Translations under genes and position numbers: made by a program | IMG/VR virus record: IMGVR_UViG_3300027734_003164 | Location: 1 to 64,000 of that record | Strand: one strand, 5' to 3' | Origin: a virus | Lineage: Duplodnaviria; Caudoviricetes | Length of the DNA: 64,000 nt | Part shown: positions 28,370 through 38,188 of the stretch, piece by piece | How positions within the stretch are numbered: the stretch's first letter is position 1 | Layout of the letters: every line of letters begins with the position of its first letter | Notes under the pieces: model-generated | Databases searched by the model: none | The model's input: the letters and a program-made list of their open reading frames with translations, nothing else | Told to the model about the DNA's origin: nothing

Positions 28370-28821
28370 GGTAATTTAATAACCGCCTCGTGTATTGCTT
28401 TTTTGAGTGCTGACGATACTGTCATTTTTTCAAAAGGCATCATTCCTTCTTTTACCTCAATCATTATCGCTCTAATTTCGGTCTCAGATTCACCAATTCC
28501 CTCATAACATTTACCATCGTAATACAGTCTTACACCCACTTGGGTTAGTGATTCAGTTTTTTCAAAACCAATTATTCTTATAGTTGTTTTAGGTAATCCA
28601 AAATAATATACCTCAACATCAATATCTTTTCCATCTTCAGATAAACAGAATTTTTCAGATAGTTCATCTTCAACAATTTGTCGAATACCAAAACGAATGT
28701 CTCGGTTTCCCATCTCTTTTAATTTAGCTGTGTTGTAAACTGAATCAACATAAACACACTGTTGTGCGGTGGCAAAGATGCCAAGAATTAACATACCGAA
28801 TAGTAAGATTAAATTTTTCAT
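28366..28821 (-). CDS. Secreted CsgG-like short paralog
   Basis: G...IVE..L...F, GIGESET.I, SSALKKA motifs parallel those in 33007-33747. Confidence 0.5.
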   Translation of the reverse strand: MKNLILLFGMLILGIFATAQQCVYVDSVYNTAKLKEMGNRDIRFGIRQIVEDELSEKFCLSEDGKDIDVEVYYFGLPKTTIRIIGFEKTESLTQVGVRLYYDGKCYEGIGESETEIRAIMIEVKEGMMPFEKMTVSSALKKAIHEAVIKLP

Positions 28822-28824
28822 ATT

Positions 28825-29637
28825 TTAAAATTTTAAATTTGTTCCAATTAGAACGTTATTCATTAATCCCCATTTTGGGGTTGTGTTCATATTCATTCTC
28901 CAATTAACATTTAGTCTAAATTTTTTTGTTAATCGATATGATACGTTATTTCCAACAACCGCGTTAAACGTATTAGATGTTGAAAAGAAGTTTTTACCTA
29001 TGTCATAATATGGTGAACATAAAGTGATAAATGTTTCAGGTCTCCACTCAAACTTTTCGGATATTGTTATTTCTTTTTGTCCCAATAATACAACATACGG
29101 AACCGCAACAAAATAAGGATTTTCTGAACTTTTATCCCCATTTATCACAATCGAACTACCCATTTGAACCCCTAAAGTTAAACCGTATACTTTTTCAAAT
29201 TCCCAAGTTTTAGTCACGCTTAATCCATTATTCAATGTGAAACCCATTTTACCAGTATTCAAGTGAAAATACCAATCATTTCTTCTATAATATAATGAAT
29301 ATGTTTGTTGAGTTAAATCGAATGTCAAAACCGCATTTATACCAAAACCTTTACCACCATTCACACGACTATATCCAATACCTGTACCATATCTCCAACC
29401 ACTCTCATAAGTAGGGTTTTGAATAAATGCAAAATCGGCAGAAGTTAAAATTGGGTTTGGTTTAATTATTGAACCACCACCAAATGACCTACCTTGTGCA
29501 CCGACTATATTATTCTGTGTTGTTCCAAAATCTTCAGTTGGTGAGTCTTCTGCCGGTGGTGTAGGTGGTGGGGGAGGTGGTGAAGTTTGACTAAACAAAC
29601 TAAACGGTATTAATAGTGTTAATAATAATTTTTTCAT
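28825..29637 (-). CDS. Putative outer-membrane beta-barrel protein
   Basis: Signal peptide, Pro-rich linker, amphipathic strands, C-terminal IGTNLKF; resembles the C-terminus of 31283-33010. Confidence 0.5.
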   Translation of the reverse strand: MKKLLLTLLIPFSLFSQTSPPPPPPTPPAEDSPTEDFGTTQNNIVGAQGRSFGGGSIIKPNPILTSADFAFIQNPTYESGWRYGTGIGYSRVNGGKGFGINAVLTFDLTQQTYSLYYRRNDWYFHLNTGKMGFTLNNGLSVTKTWEFEKVYGLTLGVQMGSSIVINGDKSSENPYFVAVPYVVLLGQKEITISEKFEWRPETFITLCSPYYDIGKNFFSTSNTFNAVVGNNVSYRLTKKFRLNVNWRMNMNTTPKWGLMNNVLIGTNLKF

Positions 29638-31313
29638 TAGTAATTTACTGTTGTTTTATATGCGGGGGCAATTAAATAGTAATTCACATTACTCCCACTT
29701 ACTGGTGAGTTTATTGTTATTGACGGAACACCAGGGATTGACAATTTTAAGTTCGTGGTATTAGTGTTCAATGTTGTGTACTGTGCTGTAGTATAAAATC
29801 TTGATGGGCCTGTACCTACCCAACTTGGTAAAAAATTAATTCTTTTTAAATTAATGTAATTTTCATCAGCAATATTAATCCTCCCATCATTATTAACATC
29901 ATACCTGTTGTAATGAATACTTTTAGTTTGTGTTGTACCTAATATAAGTTTTGATACTTCAATCATATCTGTTGTACTTAAAGTTGTTACTGGTGTTGGT
30001 GCGTCCATTTGAATATACCACTCCACTGATGGATTTGTTAATTCATTAAAACTCCAATATCCAAGTGAATTTGTATAAACAGTTCGAAATAGAGACCAAG
30101 GAGTGTAAGTAACAACATAATCAAATTCTAAAACATATGGTAGTGATACTCCATTTGGTAAATCATTCCACAATCCTCCCCCAACAAATTGAGCATAATC
30201 TTCACTTCCTGAATTGTTTGGTTCTCCACCATTCCAAGAAAGATAAGGATTTAAACCAAATCTATACGATAAAGACATATAACATCTATTTATTTCATCT
30301 AAAGATAAGGCCGTATTGTAAACTTGGAACGCACCCAATCTGAATGAACCATAAGCCCCACTTCCCATATTTGTTGCATCACTTAAACCTATTGCAAATG
30401 TTTGATTACCTCCACCATCTATATGTGGGGCGAATCTTAAAAAATTAACCGAACCAAAACTTACACCGTTTCTATAACCTCTCATAGTTGTACCATCGTA
30501 TGTAATAGCAACCATGGACCATTGATTCAAAGTAATTGGTGTTGATAGTTGTGTTATACCAGTACCATTCCAAAAACCAACATTAAGAGTATTACCATTA
30601 GTAATCTCCATAACTGATTCATGCCACCCTGATGAAGGTGATGAAACGCCTAATTCACTTACAATAACCCCATTACCTGTTGGGTATACCCATGCCACTA
30701 ATGTTATAACCTTAGAAGACCCAAAGTAATTTGTTAGACTCGGAGTGATTCCGTAAGTGTTAATTCCATTAAATGTTAAATATTTACCACCAGTACTTGT
30801 ATAAACTGGTGTGTTTGTAAGGGACATGTTACTAGCATTTGTTAAATCATTAAGTGTTGGTCCTGAAGTATAACTTGAAACGTCATAATTATTCACCCTT
30901 CCATTTGTAACATAATTTTCAGTCCATCTCCATCCACCTAAAGGTTCTGAGTAAAAAGCACCTGTATTATCTTGATAGTATCCAATCCAACCTGAAGGCC
31001 AAGTATTGAATAAAAATGAATTTTCAGCAGCGTTAGATATAGTCGCTAAATGTCCATTCATTGCTTCACATGCGGATTTCGCATTTGACCAAAAAGTTGT
31101 GGTGGTCGACCTATAGTATGAGTGTCCGTTATAATTTGTTTGAGATGTAAACCCATTCATAACTGGAGTTGTCCTTTTATATAACTTAACAGGCACATTT
31201 ACTGCACCTGTTCCATCAGCATTATAAACATAACCTGAATACGTAAAATTTTGACCGTACAAATTTATATAAGTCAAAAATATTATTGTCCAATTAATAA
31301 TCTTGTTCCACAT
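29637..31313 (-). CDS. Secreted C-type lectin + LamG (concanavalin-like) + dockerin-like protein
   Basis: YNGHSYY...W..AK..CE..GHLATI...EN...WIG; LamG TLVAWVYP...W..VAITYDG.....Y.NG; WNGGEPNN...EDY...WND; YDVNNDGRINIAD. Confidence 0.75.
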   Translation of the reverse strand: MWNKIINWTIIFLTYINLYGQNFTYSGYVYNADGTGAVNVPVKLYKRTTPVMNGFTSQTNYNGHSYYRSTTTTFWSNAKSACEAMNGHLATISNAAENSFLFNTWPSGWIGYYQDNTGAFYSEPLGGWRWTENYVTNGRVNNYDVSSYTSGPTLNDLTNASNMSLTNTPVYTSTGGKYLTFNGINTYGITPSLTNYFGSSKVITLVAWVYPTGNGVIVSELGVSSPSSGWHESVMEITNGNTLNVGFWNGTGITQLSTPITLNQWSMVAITYDGTTMRGYRNGVSFGSVNFLRFAPHIDGGGNQTFAIGLSDATNMGSGAYGSFRLGAFQVYNTALSLDEINRCYMSLSYRFGLNPYLSWNGGEPNNSGSEDYAQFVGGGLWNDLPNGVSLPYVLEFDYVVTYTPWSLFRTVYTNSLGYWSFNELTNPSVEWYIQMDAPTPVTTLSTTDMIEVSKLILGTTQTKSIHYNRYDVNNDGRINIADENYINLKRINFLPSWVGTGPSRFYTTAQYTTLNTNTTNLKLSIPGVPSITINSPVSGSNVNYYLIAPAYKTTVNY

Positions 31314-33010
31314 GTTATAGTATAATTTAATGTATTAACTTTTATCGCCCAAGCACCCCCACCATTTATATTAAATTTGAATCTTTTGGTTATTGCAATA
31401 TTAGTACCAATTGATGGTAGAATAACATAAGGTGATTTTAAAACTAAATCATTGTAATAACTTACATAGGGCGAATAAACAAATAGACCCATAAGTTTTA
31501 CGTCAAATCTTCTACCGAATTTTAAATCGTACATTCCACCACCTATGAGTGCCGTACCTAAAAAAGAGGTTTTATAAACTTGACCATATGAAACTGTTCC
31601 CATATAAACCGCCTTTAATCCTGGTACTTTAGGAAACATAAACATTTGACCTCCAGCTAAAGTCCCATAAAGTGACCCTCTACCTTCAAAACCTAATGAT
31701 ACTGTTCCCGATAATAAGCCCATAGATTTTTTATTTATCCACGCATGGTAACCTGTTAGATTAGGCCCTCTTTGAGCTGACACATAATCAAGTAATCCGC
31801 CCCGAGCAGTTTGTCCGTCCCATCTCATATTGTGGTAACCTCCTGTTAATTTTAATCCAGTTGTTACTTCTGAGTTTTGAAAGTTGAAACCTACAAAATC
31901 ACTTGATGCAATTACTGTAGGTTTTCCCCCTTCTTTATTTTGATTTATTGTTTTGGTTGCCCCTTGTGTAATGTTGGTTTGTCCTCCCCCTTGTTCTTCA
32001 GTTTGAGTTGTGGTTTCTTCACCATTAGGTGTATTTCCACCATTACCTTGAGAATTTGAATTTACATTAGTTTGGGTATTATTTGTTGGTGAGGCATTTG
32101 TTGTTGTTGTTGTTATTTCTTCACCTTGTCCATTAGTTCCTTGACCATTCTCACCAGACCCATTCCCGTTATTCCCCCCAATATTCCCGCTATTATTAGT
32201 GCTCCCATTGTTTTGATTAGTATTATTGTTTTGGTTGTTTATAGACTGGTTAGTCTGTGAATTTCCATTTTCATTTGTTCCACTTTGAGTTGTAGTTCCT
32301 CCTGCTTGTGTTGAAGTTTCATTTCCAACATTTGTAGAAGAGGTTCCATTTGTTCCGTTGTTTGAACTTGTTTCATTTGTTCCAGTAGTGGTCGCACTTC
32401 CTTCATTATTGTTACTTGTTCCATTTATTTGGTTTTGATTGTTATTGGTTGTGGAGTTATTATTATTTGTTGTTGTAGTATTATTTGTTGTAGTAGTATT
32501 ATTTGTTGTAGTATTGTTTGTTATATTATTTCCACTTCCATTTTGGGAATTGTTCCCGTTTTTTTTGTTGTTTTTTTTATCGTTTGCCTTTGAGCTTGAG
32601 TTTGATGAATTTGATGCTGCGGTCAATGTTCCACTTAGAAAATCTGTGGCACCATTTGATATATCCATAAGAGCGGATAATGAATTTATTAATCCAACGG
32701 TATTCAATGCAACGTCTTGTGCAATGTTAATAGAACCTGCGAGTCCAACAATTTCAGAACATGGTGAACCATCAAATTGTGAAAAAACATTATTAGCCCA
32801 AGACTCAAAAGTACCATCGACAAAATCTTGTTGTGTAAAGTTTTCTATAAAACCATAATACCCAACAGTGACAGAGCCATTGATGGGTACTATAATATTT
32901 TTAACGTTTCCAGTACAGGGGTCGGTGTATGAATAGTTGTATGTTTGCGCGTTTGAATTGTAGAAATTAAACACAAAAAACAGTACGGATATGAAAATTT
33001 TTATTTTCAC
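31283..33010 (-). CDS. Secreted protein with long Asn/Thr/Gly low-complexity linker and putative beta-barrel C-terminus
   Basis: Signal peptide, YTDPC motif, about 200 aa N/T/G/Q-rich region, strand-rich C-terminus. Confidence 0.65.
   Translation of the reverse strand: MKIKIFISVLFFVFNFYNSNAQTYNYSYTDPCTGNVKNIIVPINGSVTVGYYGFIENFTQQDFVDGTFESWANNVFSQFDGSPCSEIVGLAGSINIAQDVALNTVGLINSLSALMDISNGATDFLSGTLTAASNSSNSSSKANDKKNNKKNGNNSQNGSGNNITNNTTTNNTTTTNNTTTTNNNNSTTNNNQNQINGTSNNNEGSATTTGTNETSSNNGTNGTSSTNVGNETSTQAGGTTTQSGTNENGNSQTNQSINNQNNNTNQNNGSTNNSGNIGGNNGNGSGENGQGTNGQGEEITTTTTNASPTNNTQTNVNSNSQGNGGNTPNGEETTTQTEEQGGGQTNITQGATKTINQNKEGGKPTVIASSDFVGFNFQNSEVTTGLKLTGGYHNMRWDGQTARGGLLDYVSAQRGPNLTGYHAWINKKSMGLLSGTVSLGFEGRGSLYGTLAGGQMFMFPKVPGLKAVYMGTVSYGQVYKTSFLGTALIGGGMYDLKFGRRFDVKLMGLFVYSPYVSYYNDLVLKSPYVILPSIGTNIAITKRFKFNINGGGAWAIKVNTLNYTITCGTRLLIGQ
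32440..32530 (-). repeat. Tandem repeats encoding (NNTTT)n
   Basis: TATTATTTGTTGTAGTAG-type units seen on the plus strand. Confidence 0.7.
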
Positions 33011-33747
33011 CTTGGGAATACGCCTTTCGTAATTAACCGTTTAACCACTCTTGATGATGCGGTTTCTAAAGCTTTTTTTGTGGATATACCTATTGTTGAT
33101 TGGTTAAATTTTACATCGTCTGAAATGTCTCCCAAAATTGATGTTGTTTTAATAGTTACTGCTTCACCTAACCCCGAACCAACAATAACTTGACTTGTTT
33201 CAGCATCTACAAATTTAATTTGAAGACCTAATCTTGTGGTTTGATTTACAGTCTGTTGACCATTTACTTTAACTATCTCATCTTCAGAAACACTAAAATC
33301 GTATACTTCAATATAAACAAAATATTTTGCCAAAACTACATTTCCTTTTACTTCAATTTTGTTAGATGAAACTCCCTTGTCTGATGCTTTGTCTTGTGCA
33401 ATCATTCTTTGTTTTATTTCCTCTTTTTCTTCAGTAAAAATAAATCTATTTGTATACTCCAAATATTCTATAACAATATTTGTTACACCAAGACCAACTC
33501 TTTTATCTTTAAGTTCGGGATATAAAGAATATAATTCTTCATTGATTCCTATTTTTAATAATTGTATCGGTACTTGAATAGTGTCGTTGTATTCAGCAAC
33601 TGAATCAATTGATTGTTTCTTTTCAAAATCCGCAACATATTGTTCTGTCTTTACAGAGCCAATTCCCCCTCCGTTTTGAGGGGGTTGAGCTTGTATTGTT
33701 TTACATCCAATCAATAAAAGTGGTAATATGTAAAGTATTTTTTTCAT
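33007..33747 (-). CDS. CsgG/HfaB-family lipoprotein
   Basis: LLIGC lipobox; GLGVTNI..E.L..TNRF.F.E, A.YFVY.EVYDFSV, LGLQIKFVDAET.QVI..SG.GEA. Confidence 0.75.
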   Translation of the reverse strand: MKKILYILPLLLIGCKTIQAQPPQNGGGIGSVKTEQYVADFEKKQSIDSVAEYNDTIQVPIQLLKIGINEELYSLYPELKDKRVGLGVTNIVIEYLEYTNRFIFTEEKEEIKQRMIAQDKASDKGVSSNKIEVKGNVVLAKYFVYIEVYDFSVSEDEIVKVNGQQTVNQTTRLGLQIKFVDAETSQVIVGSGLGEAVTIKTTSILGDISDDVKFNQSTIGISTKKALETASSRVVKRLITKGVFPR

Positions 33748-34031
33748 TACCCTTCTACTTCTTCGTCTTCTTCTTTATCATTTTGTTTACCTGACAAATA
33801 TTTGTCAACTGAAGCAATACCAAATGAACCTAATGTAATCCATAAAAATCCATCATAGATAAATTTATTGATTGGCATTTCTTGTCCGTATAACCCTGTG
33901 TAGATGTCCACACCAAGGCAAATTACCATCATGATAAATGCTCCAAAACCAACGATTGATTTTTCGTTGATGTCGTTTTTGTCCATAAACATTCTTACGA
34001 AGAATGATTTTTTTGTTTTCTTTTGTGCCAT
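33747..34031 (-). CDS. Small two-TM membrane protein
   Basis: INEKSIVGFGAF...LGSFGIASVDK. Confidence 0.65.
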   Translation of the reverse strand: MAQKKTKKSFFVRMFMDKNDINEKSIVGFGAFIMMVICLGVDIYTGLYGQEMPINKFIYDGFLWITLGSFGIASVDKYLSGKQNDKEEDEEVEG

Positions 34032-34051
34032 TTTATTTTATTTGTTGTTTA

Positions 34052-34390
34052 TTACCAAGACTCTTCCTCTTTTTTAGGTTGTGGTTGAGGTTGAGTTGGT
34101 TGTTGAGTTGCAGGTTTTTCGATAATTCTTTCACGAACCACACCCCCACCATTATTGTTCTCAGTTTTTTGTTTATTTTCTTGGTTTTGTTGTACATTTA
34201 TAGTTATAGGCGCTTGACCTCCAGACTGTTCTGTTTTTGTCTCCTCTTTTGGTTCTTCGTCACCTCCACCATATAACATAACACCTAACCATGTTCCACC
34301 ACCAGCAATTACTGTTGATAATGTACCAACAATGGTCTTTTTTAATCCTGACCACGTTCCGTCGTTTGTGTCTTGTGTTTCTTCTGACAT
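34052..34390 (-). CDS. Single-TM protein with Gln/Pro-rich tail
   Basis: GLKKTIVGTLSTVIAGGGTWLGVMLY. Confidence 0.65.
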   Translation of the reverse strand: MSEETQDTNDGTWSGLKKTIVGTLSTVIAGGGTWLGVMLYGGGDEEPKEETKTEQSGGQAPITINVQQNQENKQKTENNNGGGVVRERIIEKPATQQPTQPQPQPKKEEESW

Positions 34391-34412
34391 TTTGTTTTTG
34401 TTTATTTTAGGT

Positions 34413-36317
34413 TTATTGTTTTACAATTTTTGAGACTTTAGTTTCTCCGTTCTCCATAGTTAATGTAACTAAGTAAAGACCTCTTTCTAAACTCCCTAAG
34501 TTTTCAACATAGTTATATTCTCCGTTTGGTAATTGAGTGTCAAAGATTGTAATTAACTTTCTTCCAACAACATCGGTTATTGATAGGTTTGCGTTTGTGG
34601 TTTCTTTAACTTCAAATGATATTGTAACCTCATCAACAACAGGGTTAGGGTTTACTGAAATAGTGTTTCCAATTACTTGACCCATATTACTTTTTAATAC
34701 TTGAAGGATTCCGTTTGTTGGAGTTACTGTTAAATCTTTTGATTGGACATTTCCTGCGAATTTTAAAGAAGTATAAAGAGGACTTTCTTCCCAAAGGTTT
34801 TGTGGTTGTTTTGCTATAAATTGTAATTTAACAACCTCATCACCATTTTTTAATGTTTGTTCTCCGTTTGTTATGTCAAATCCACCCCAATCAACTTGAT
34901 TGTTATTAGGATTAACATATGTAATCCATTCCATCGCATTAGATGTAGAATATATGCCTTTAAATTCTAATAGTTCTGAATTGTATTTTAAACCGAACTG
35001 AAGTGATGACAACTCTTCACCGTTAGTGAAAACCTTAACCGGTAATTCAACCAAGTTTCCTGCTTCAACTGTTATGTGAGGAACATTTACTTCAATTGTT
35101 GATGTTGGAAAATCGTATTCAACTTTTGTGTCGATTACATTATAGATTTGTGATTCCAATCCTGGTATTGGTCCAACCAATACTTCAATAGGAGTTACAC
35201 GAGCCATGTTATAACCCGTACCGTTGGCATCTCCAGGAACCATTACATAATATACTACAGAGTCAGGTTGTCCTGGTAATATATCAAATGTAAAGTTAGT
35301 CACACCGGGGATTGTTGATGTATAGTTGGTGTTAGACCCATTGATAGTTGCAAATTCAGATGTGGTAAAGAATTTAACATCTTTTGTATTGTTAGGCCAT
35401 TGTGTAAATCTACCTGATACTCTACCGAACACACCCCATACGTCAGATATAGTTGTATTATTAGAACCATTCACATCTGCTGTGAAGTAATCAAATCCAG
35501 TCATGGTTCCATTTCCTAAAACCCACTGATTGATTAACTGAGCATCCGTTGAAGATATAATATTACCAACACCCATAGTGTCTCCTTGAATTGCAAGTCT
35601 TACATCCCAATATGTTGTATCTAACGGTACTGATATATTAAAGTCACCGTTTATATCTGTAACATAAGAAGAATGTTGTGTCCAAGTGTTTCCACCGAAT
35701 GGTCTTCTTTGTAATGCTAAATTTAAATATTTAGCCGGTGAACCTGTTACATTTGTAAACGTTCCGTGAAATGCGAAGTTCACAGGAGTAAATACACCAC
35801 CATAGTTATGAACACTTAATGTTGTATCCATACCGTTTTGTTTTGCGGCATATGGTGTAAAAGTTTGTGGTCCTGTCCAAGTTAAGTTAGAGATAGACGC
35901 CAAGTTACTGAATGTTGCCGCTGGAGCATGAACAAAGGTGATAAGAAATCTTTCACCGTTTGGTATTGTATATGTCGCACTTGGCCCTGTATAAACTAAA
36001 GTAATTGTGATATAACCATTTGCAGTATTTGTAATATACTGAAGGTCTAAGTTCGCAGATGGTCCGATTAATGAAACAGTTGCATTTGTAAAAGCAACAT
36101 TATCATAGAATACTCTAAACTGAACTCCCGCAAATTTTGTAAGAGTTGTATTTTGTAAAGTAATCTTCGCATCCGTTGTACCTTGTGCTGTTGTTCCAAC
36201 TTGATACTGTGAAGCAATAATTCCCCACAATCCGTTTGATGGCGCCACTGGTACTTGTGTATAACCAATAAATGGTAAAAATAAAAGTAATAAGGTTAGG
36301 TAATAGATAGTTTTCAT
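34413..36317 (-). CDS. Secreted cohesin - dockerin-like - cohesin protein with T9SS type A C-terminal domain
   Basis: FAGVQFRVFYDN and VELPV...LSSLQFGLKYNSELLEF (cohesin-type); ADVNGSNNTTISD (dockerin/EF-hand-like); VNPNPV.D...DVVGR...G.Y.V.L CTD. Confidence 0.75.
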   Translation of the reverse strand: MKTIYYLTLLLLFLPFIGYTQVPVAPSNGLWGIIASQYQVGTTAQGTTDAKITLQNTTLTKFAGVQFRVFYDNVAFTNATVSLIGPSANLDLQYITNTANGYITITLVYTGPSATYTIPNGERFLITFVHAPAATFSNLASISNLTWTGPQTFTPYAAKQNGMDTTLSVHNYGGVFTPVNFAFHGTFTNVTGSPAKYLNLALQRRPFGGNTWTQHSSYVTDINGDFNISVPLDTTYWDVRLAIQGDTMGVGNIISSTDAQLINQWVLGNGTMTGFDYFTADVNGSNNTTISDVWGVFGRVSGRFTQWPNNTKDVKFFTTSEFATINGSNTNYTSTIPGVTNFTFDILPGQPDSVVYYVMVPGDANGTGYNMARVTPIEVLVGPIPGLESQIYNVIDTKVEYDFPTSTIEVNVPHITVEAGNLVELPVKVFTNGEELSSLQFGLKYNSELLEFKGIYSTSNAMEWITYVNPNNNQVDWGGFDITNGEQTLKNGDEVVKLQFIAKQPQNLWEESPLYTSLKFAGNVQSKDLTVTPTNGILQVLKSNMGQVIGNTISVNPNPVVDEVTISFEVKETTNANLSITDVVGRKLITIFDTQLPNGEYNYVENLGSLERGLYLVTLTMENGETKVSKIVKQ

Positions 36318-36335
36318 TAAAGTATTTTAAAATTT

Positions 36336-36935
36336 TTATTTTATGTCAGAACTTTCAATCAATGTGTAAGTAAAAGAGTTTCCGTGTTTTTCACGAGCCT
36401 TTCTACAAATTTTCATAAATTCTTCAAAGTCCGCACTTCTTTTAAACACTTGACACCCTTCTGACCAATTTTCAACATAAGTTGAGTCAGCACCAGCCTT
36501 GTGAATGTTAATACCAAATAGACCTTCATCTACTTTGTTTTCATCATAACTTAAGTCTTTATTTGCGTCACGATAAACTTTAACATTTTTTGCTTGTTTC
36601 AACGCCTCATACTTACCTTGGTGGAGTCCAATTCCGTGAGAACCTCTGTATTGTCCTTCAACCAATCTTGCAACTCCTTTAACATTATGGTATTCTAAAA
36701 CTCCTTTTTTACCTGGGTCGGTTGTTGCTGGCCACTCATGATATTTCCATGCTCCCGTTTCATCTTTATAACTCATTGTTAGTAAGTCGTCAAATGCATT
36801 TGTAACTTTTTGACCAGTATCAGAATTTCTAATACCAATAATATTGACATCATAACCTTTGTTATTTTTGTCTTCAAAATAAACGTAACCTTTGTTTTTT
36901 AAGGTAGATTCAACCTGTTCTCTTGTGTATTTCAT
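36336..36935 (-). CDS. Putative peptidoglycan-modifying enzyme (YkuD/L,D-transpeptidase-like His/Cys motif)
   Basis: ATTDPG, GQY, GINIHKAG...WSEGCQVF; start moved to MKYTREQ. Confidence 0.5.
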   Translation of the reverse strand: MKYTREQVESTLKNKGYVYFEDKNNKGYDVNIIGIRNSDTGQKVTNAFDDLLTMSYKDETGAWKYHEWPATTDPGKKGVLEYHNVKGVARLVEGQYRGSHGIGLHQGKYEALKQAKNVKVYRDANKDLSYDENKVDEGLFGINIHKAGADSTYVENWSEGCQVFKRSADFEEFMKICRKAREKHGNSFTYTLIESSDIK

Positions 36936-37022
36936 AATTTTCCTTTTTTTAATAAGTATTTTCAAGTAGGGTATAATTCAATTTTTTTTTGATTTTTTTA
37001 TTTACTTTATTTTTTAAAATAG

Positions 37023-37029
37023 TATTTAT
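37023..37029 (+). promoter_or_regulatory. TATTTAT motif upstream of the endolysin
   Basis: AGTATTTATAGGAAAATTAATTATTATG. Confidence 0.5.
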
Positions 37030-37045
37030 AGGAAAATTAATTATT

Positions 37046-37882
37046 ATGATACTAAAAAATGGGTCAAAAGGAGATGACGTAAAAAAACTCCAAGAAAAAC
37101 TAGGTGTTGAGGCAATTGGAACCTTCGGGCCTAAAACTGAAGCCGCTGTTAAAGCATGGCAAAAAGCAAATGGATTAAAAGATGATGGTATTGTAGGTGA
37201 TGCCACTTGGGCTAAACTATTTGGTAAGTCAGCTCCCGCAGCAACTGTAGTTAAAGAAGATGTGGTTATACCTTCAGGAGGACCGTTAAACATTGAAAAA
37301 TTAAAAGGTCATATCCCTGACGCAGTGTTGGCACAAATACCTGAAACCGCAGCTAAATTCAACATTACAAACAACTTGAGACTTGCACATTTTCTATCAC
37401 AATGTGGTCATGAGTCAGGTGGGTTTAAGGCCGTGAGTGAAAACTTAAATTACTCAGCGGATGGTTTGAAAAAAATCTTTGGTAAGTACTTTCCCGGTAA
37501 TCTTAACGAGTCTTATGCAAAACAACCCGAGAAGATTGCATCTCGTGTTTATGGTAATAGAATGGGTAATGGTGATGAAGCATCAAAAGAAGGTTATAAG
37601 TTTAGAGGTAGAGGATATATCCAATTAACAGGAAAAGCAAACTACACAAAGTTCACTCAATTTATTGGTGAGGACTGTGTTTCAAACCCTGATTTAGTGG
37701 CAACTAAATATCCTTTGGCATCTGCAGCGTTCTTTTTTGATTCAAACAAACTATGGGTAATTTGTGACAAAGGAGCCGATGATGCAACAGTCACATCAGT
37801 AACAAAAAGAGTAAATGGTGGAACATTAGGTTTATCTGACCGAATAAAACACTTTAAAGAATATTACAATTTACTTAAGTAA
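37046..37882 (+). CDS. Endolysin: PG_binding_1 domain + glycoside hydrolase family 19
   Basis: LKNGSKGDDVKKLQ..LG...GTFGPKT..AVK.WQ..NGL.DDGIVG; LAHFLSQCGHESGGF, ENLNYS, FRGRG.IQLTGK.NY, KRVNGG..GL.DR. Confidence 0.9.
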   Translation: MILKNGSKGDDVKKLQEKLGVEAIGTFGPKTEAAVKAWQKANGLKDDGIVGDATWAKLFGKSAPAATVVKEDVVIPSGGPLNIEKLKGHIPDAVLAQIPETAAKFNITNNLRLAHFLSQCGHESGGFKAVSENLNYSADGLKKIFGKYFPGNLNESYAKQPEKIASRVYGNRMGNGDEASKEGYKFRGRGYIQLTGKANYTKFTQFIGEDCVSNPDLVATKYPLASAAFFFDSNKLWVICDKGADDATVTSVTKRVNGGTLGLSDRIKHFKEYYNLLK

Positions 37883-37888
37883 AACACG

Positions 37889-37915
37889 AAACCCCTCTTA
37901 ACGGAGGGGTTTTTT
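37889..37915. terminator. Rho-independent terminator between convergent genes
   Basis: AAACCCCTC-TTAACG-GAGGGGTTTTTT. Confidence 0.85.
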
Positions 37916-37916
37916 A

Positions 37917-38186
37917 TTAGTTATTAATCCAAGTCCAACCTAAAAGTAATTTAGAAAAATAACGGTGAATTATATTTGGTTTTTTTTCAAAAAAAATGTG
38001 AAAACTTTTACCAACTTTGTAATAACCAACTTGTTTTGGATATTTGATTACTGTTTGTGTAACTTCACCTTGTCTCAATATCCAATCATTTATTGAATCT
38101 TGGACTTCAATTTTTTTGTTATCCGTTTTTTGTTTGTTTTTTGTCGGATTAACTGCCCTTTTTATAGTTTTTTTTTCTTGTTCCAT
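37917..38186 (-). CDS. Hypothetical protein
   Basis: KKPNIIHR.F.KLLLGW.W motif. Confidence 0.6.
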   Translation of the reverse strand: MEQEKKTIKRAVNPTKNKQKTDNKKIEVQDSINDWILRQGEVTQTVIKYPKQVGYYKVGKSFHIFFEKKPNIIHRYFSKLLLGWTWINN

Positions 38187-38188
38187 TT

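Noticed and set aside
29637-31313. Diversity-generating retroelement targeting the C-type lectin
   Set aside because: No reverse transcriptase and no template/variable repeat pair differing at adenines is visible in the window.
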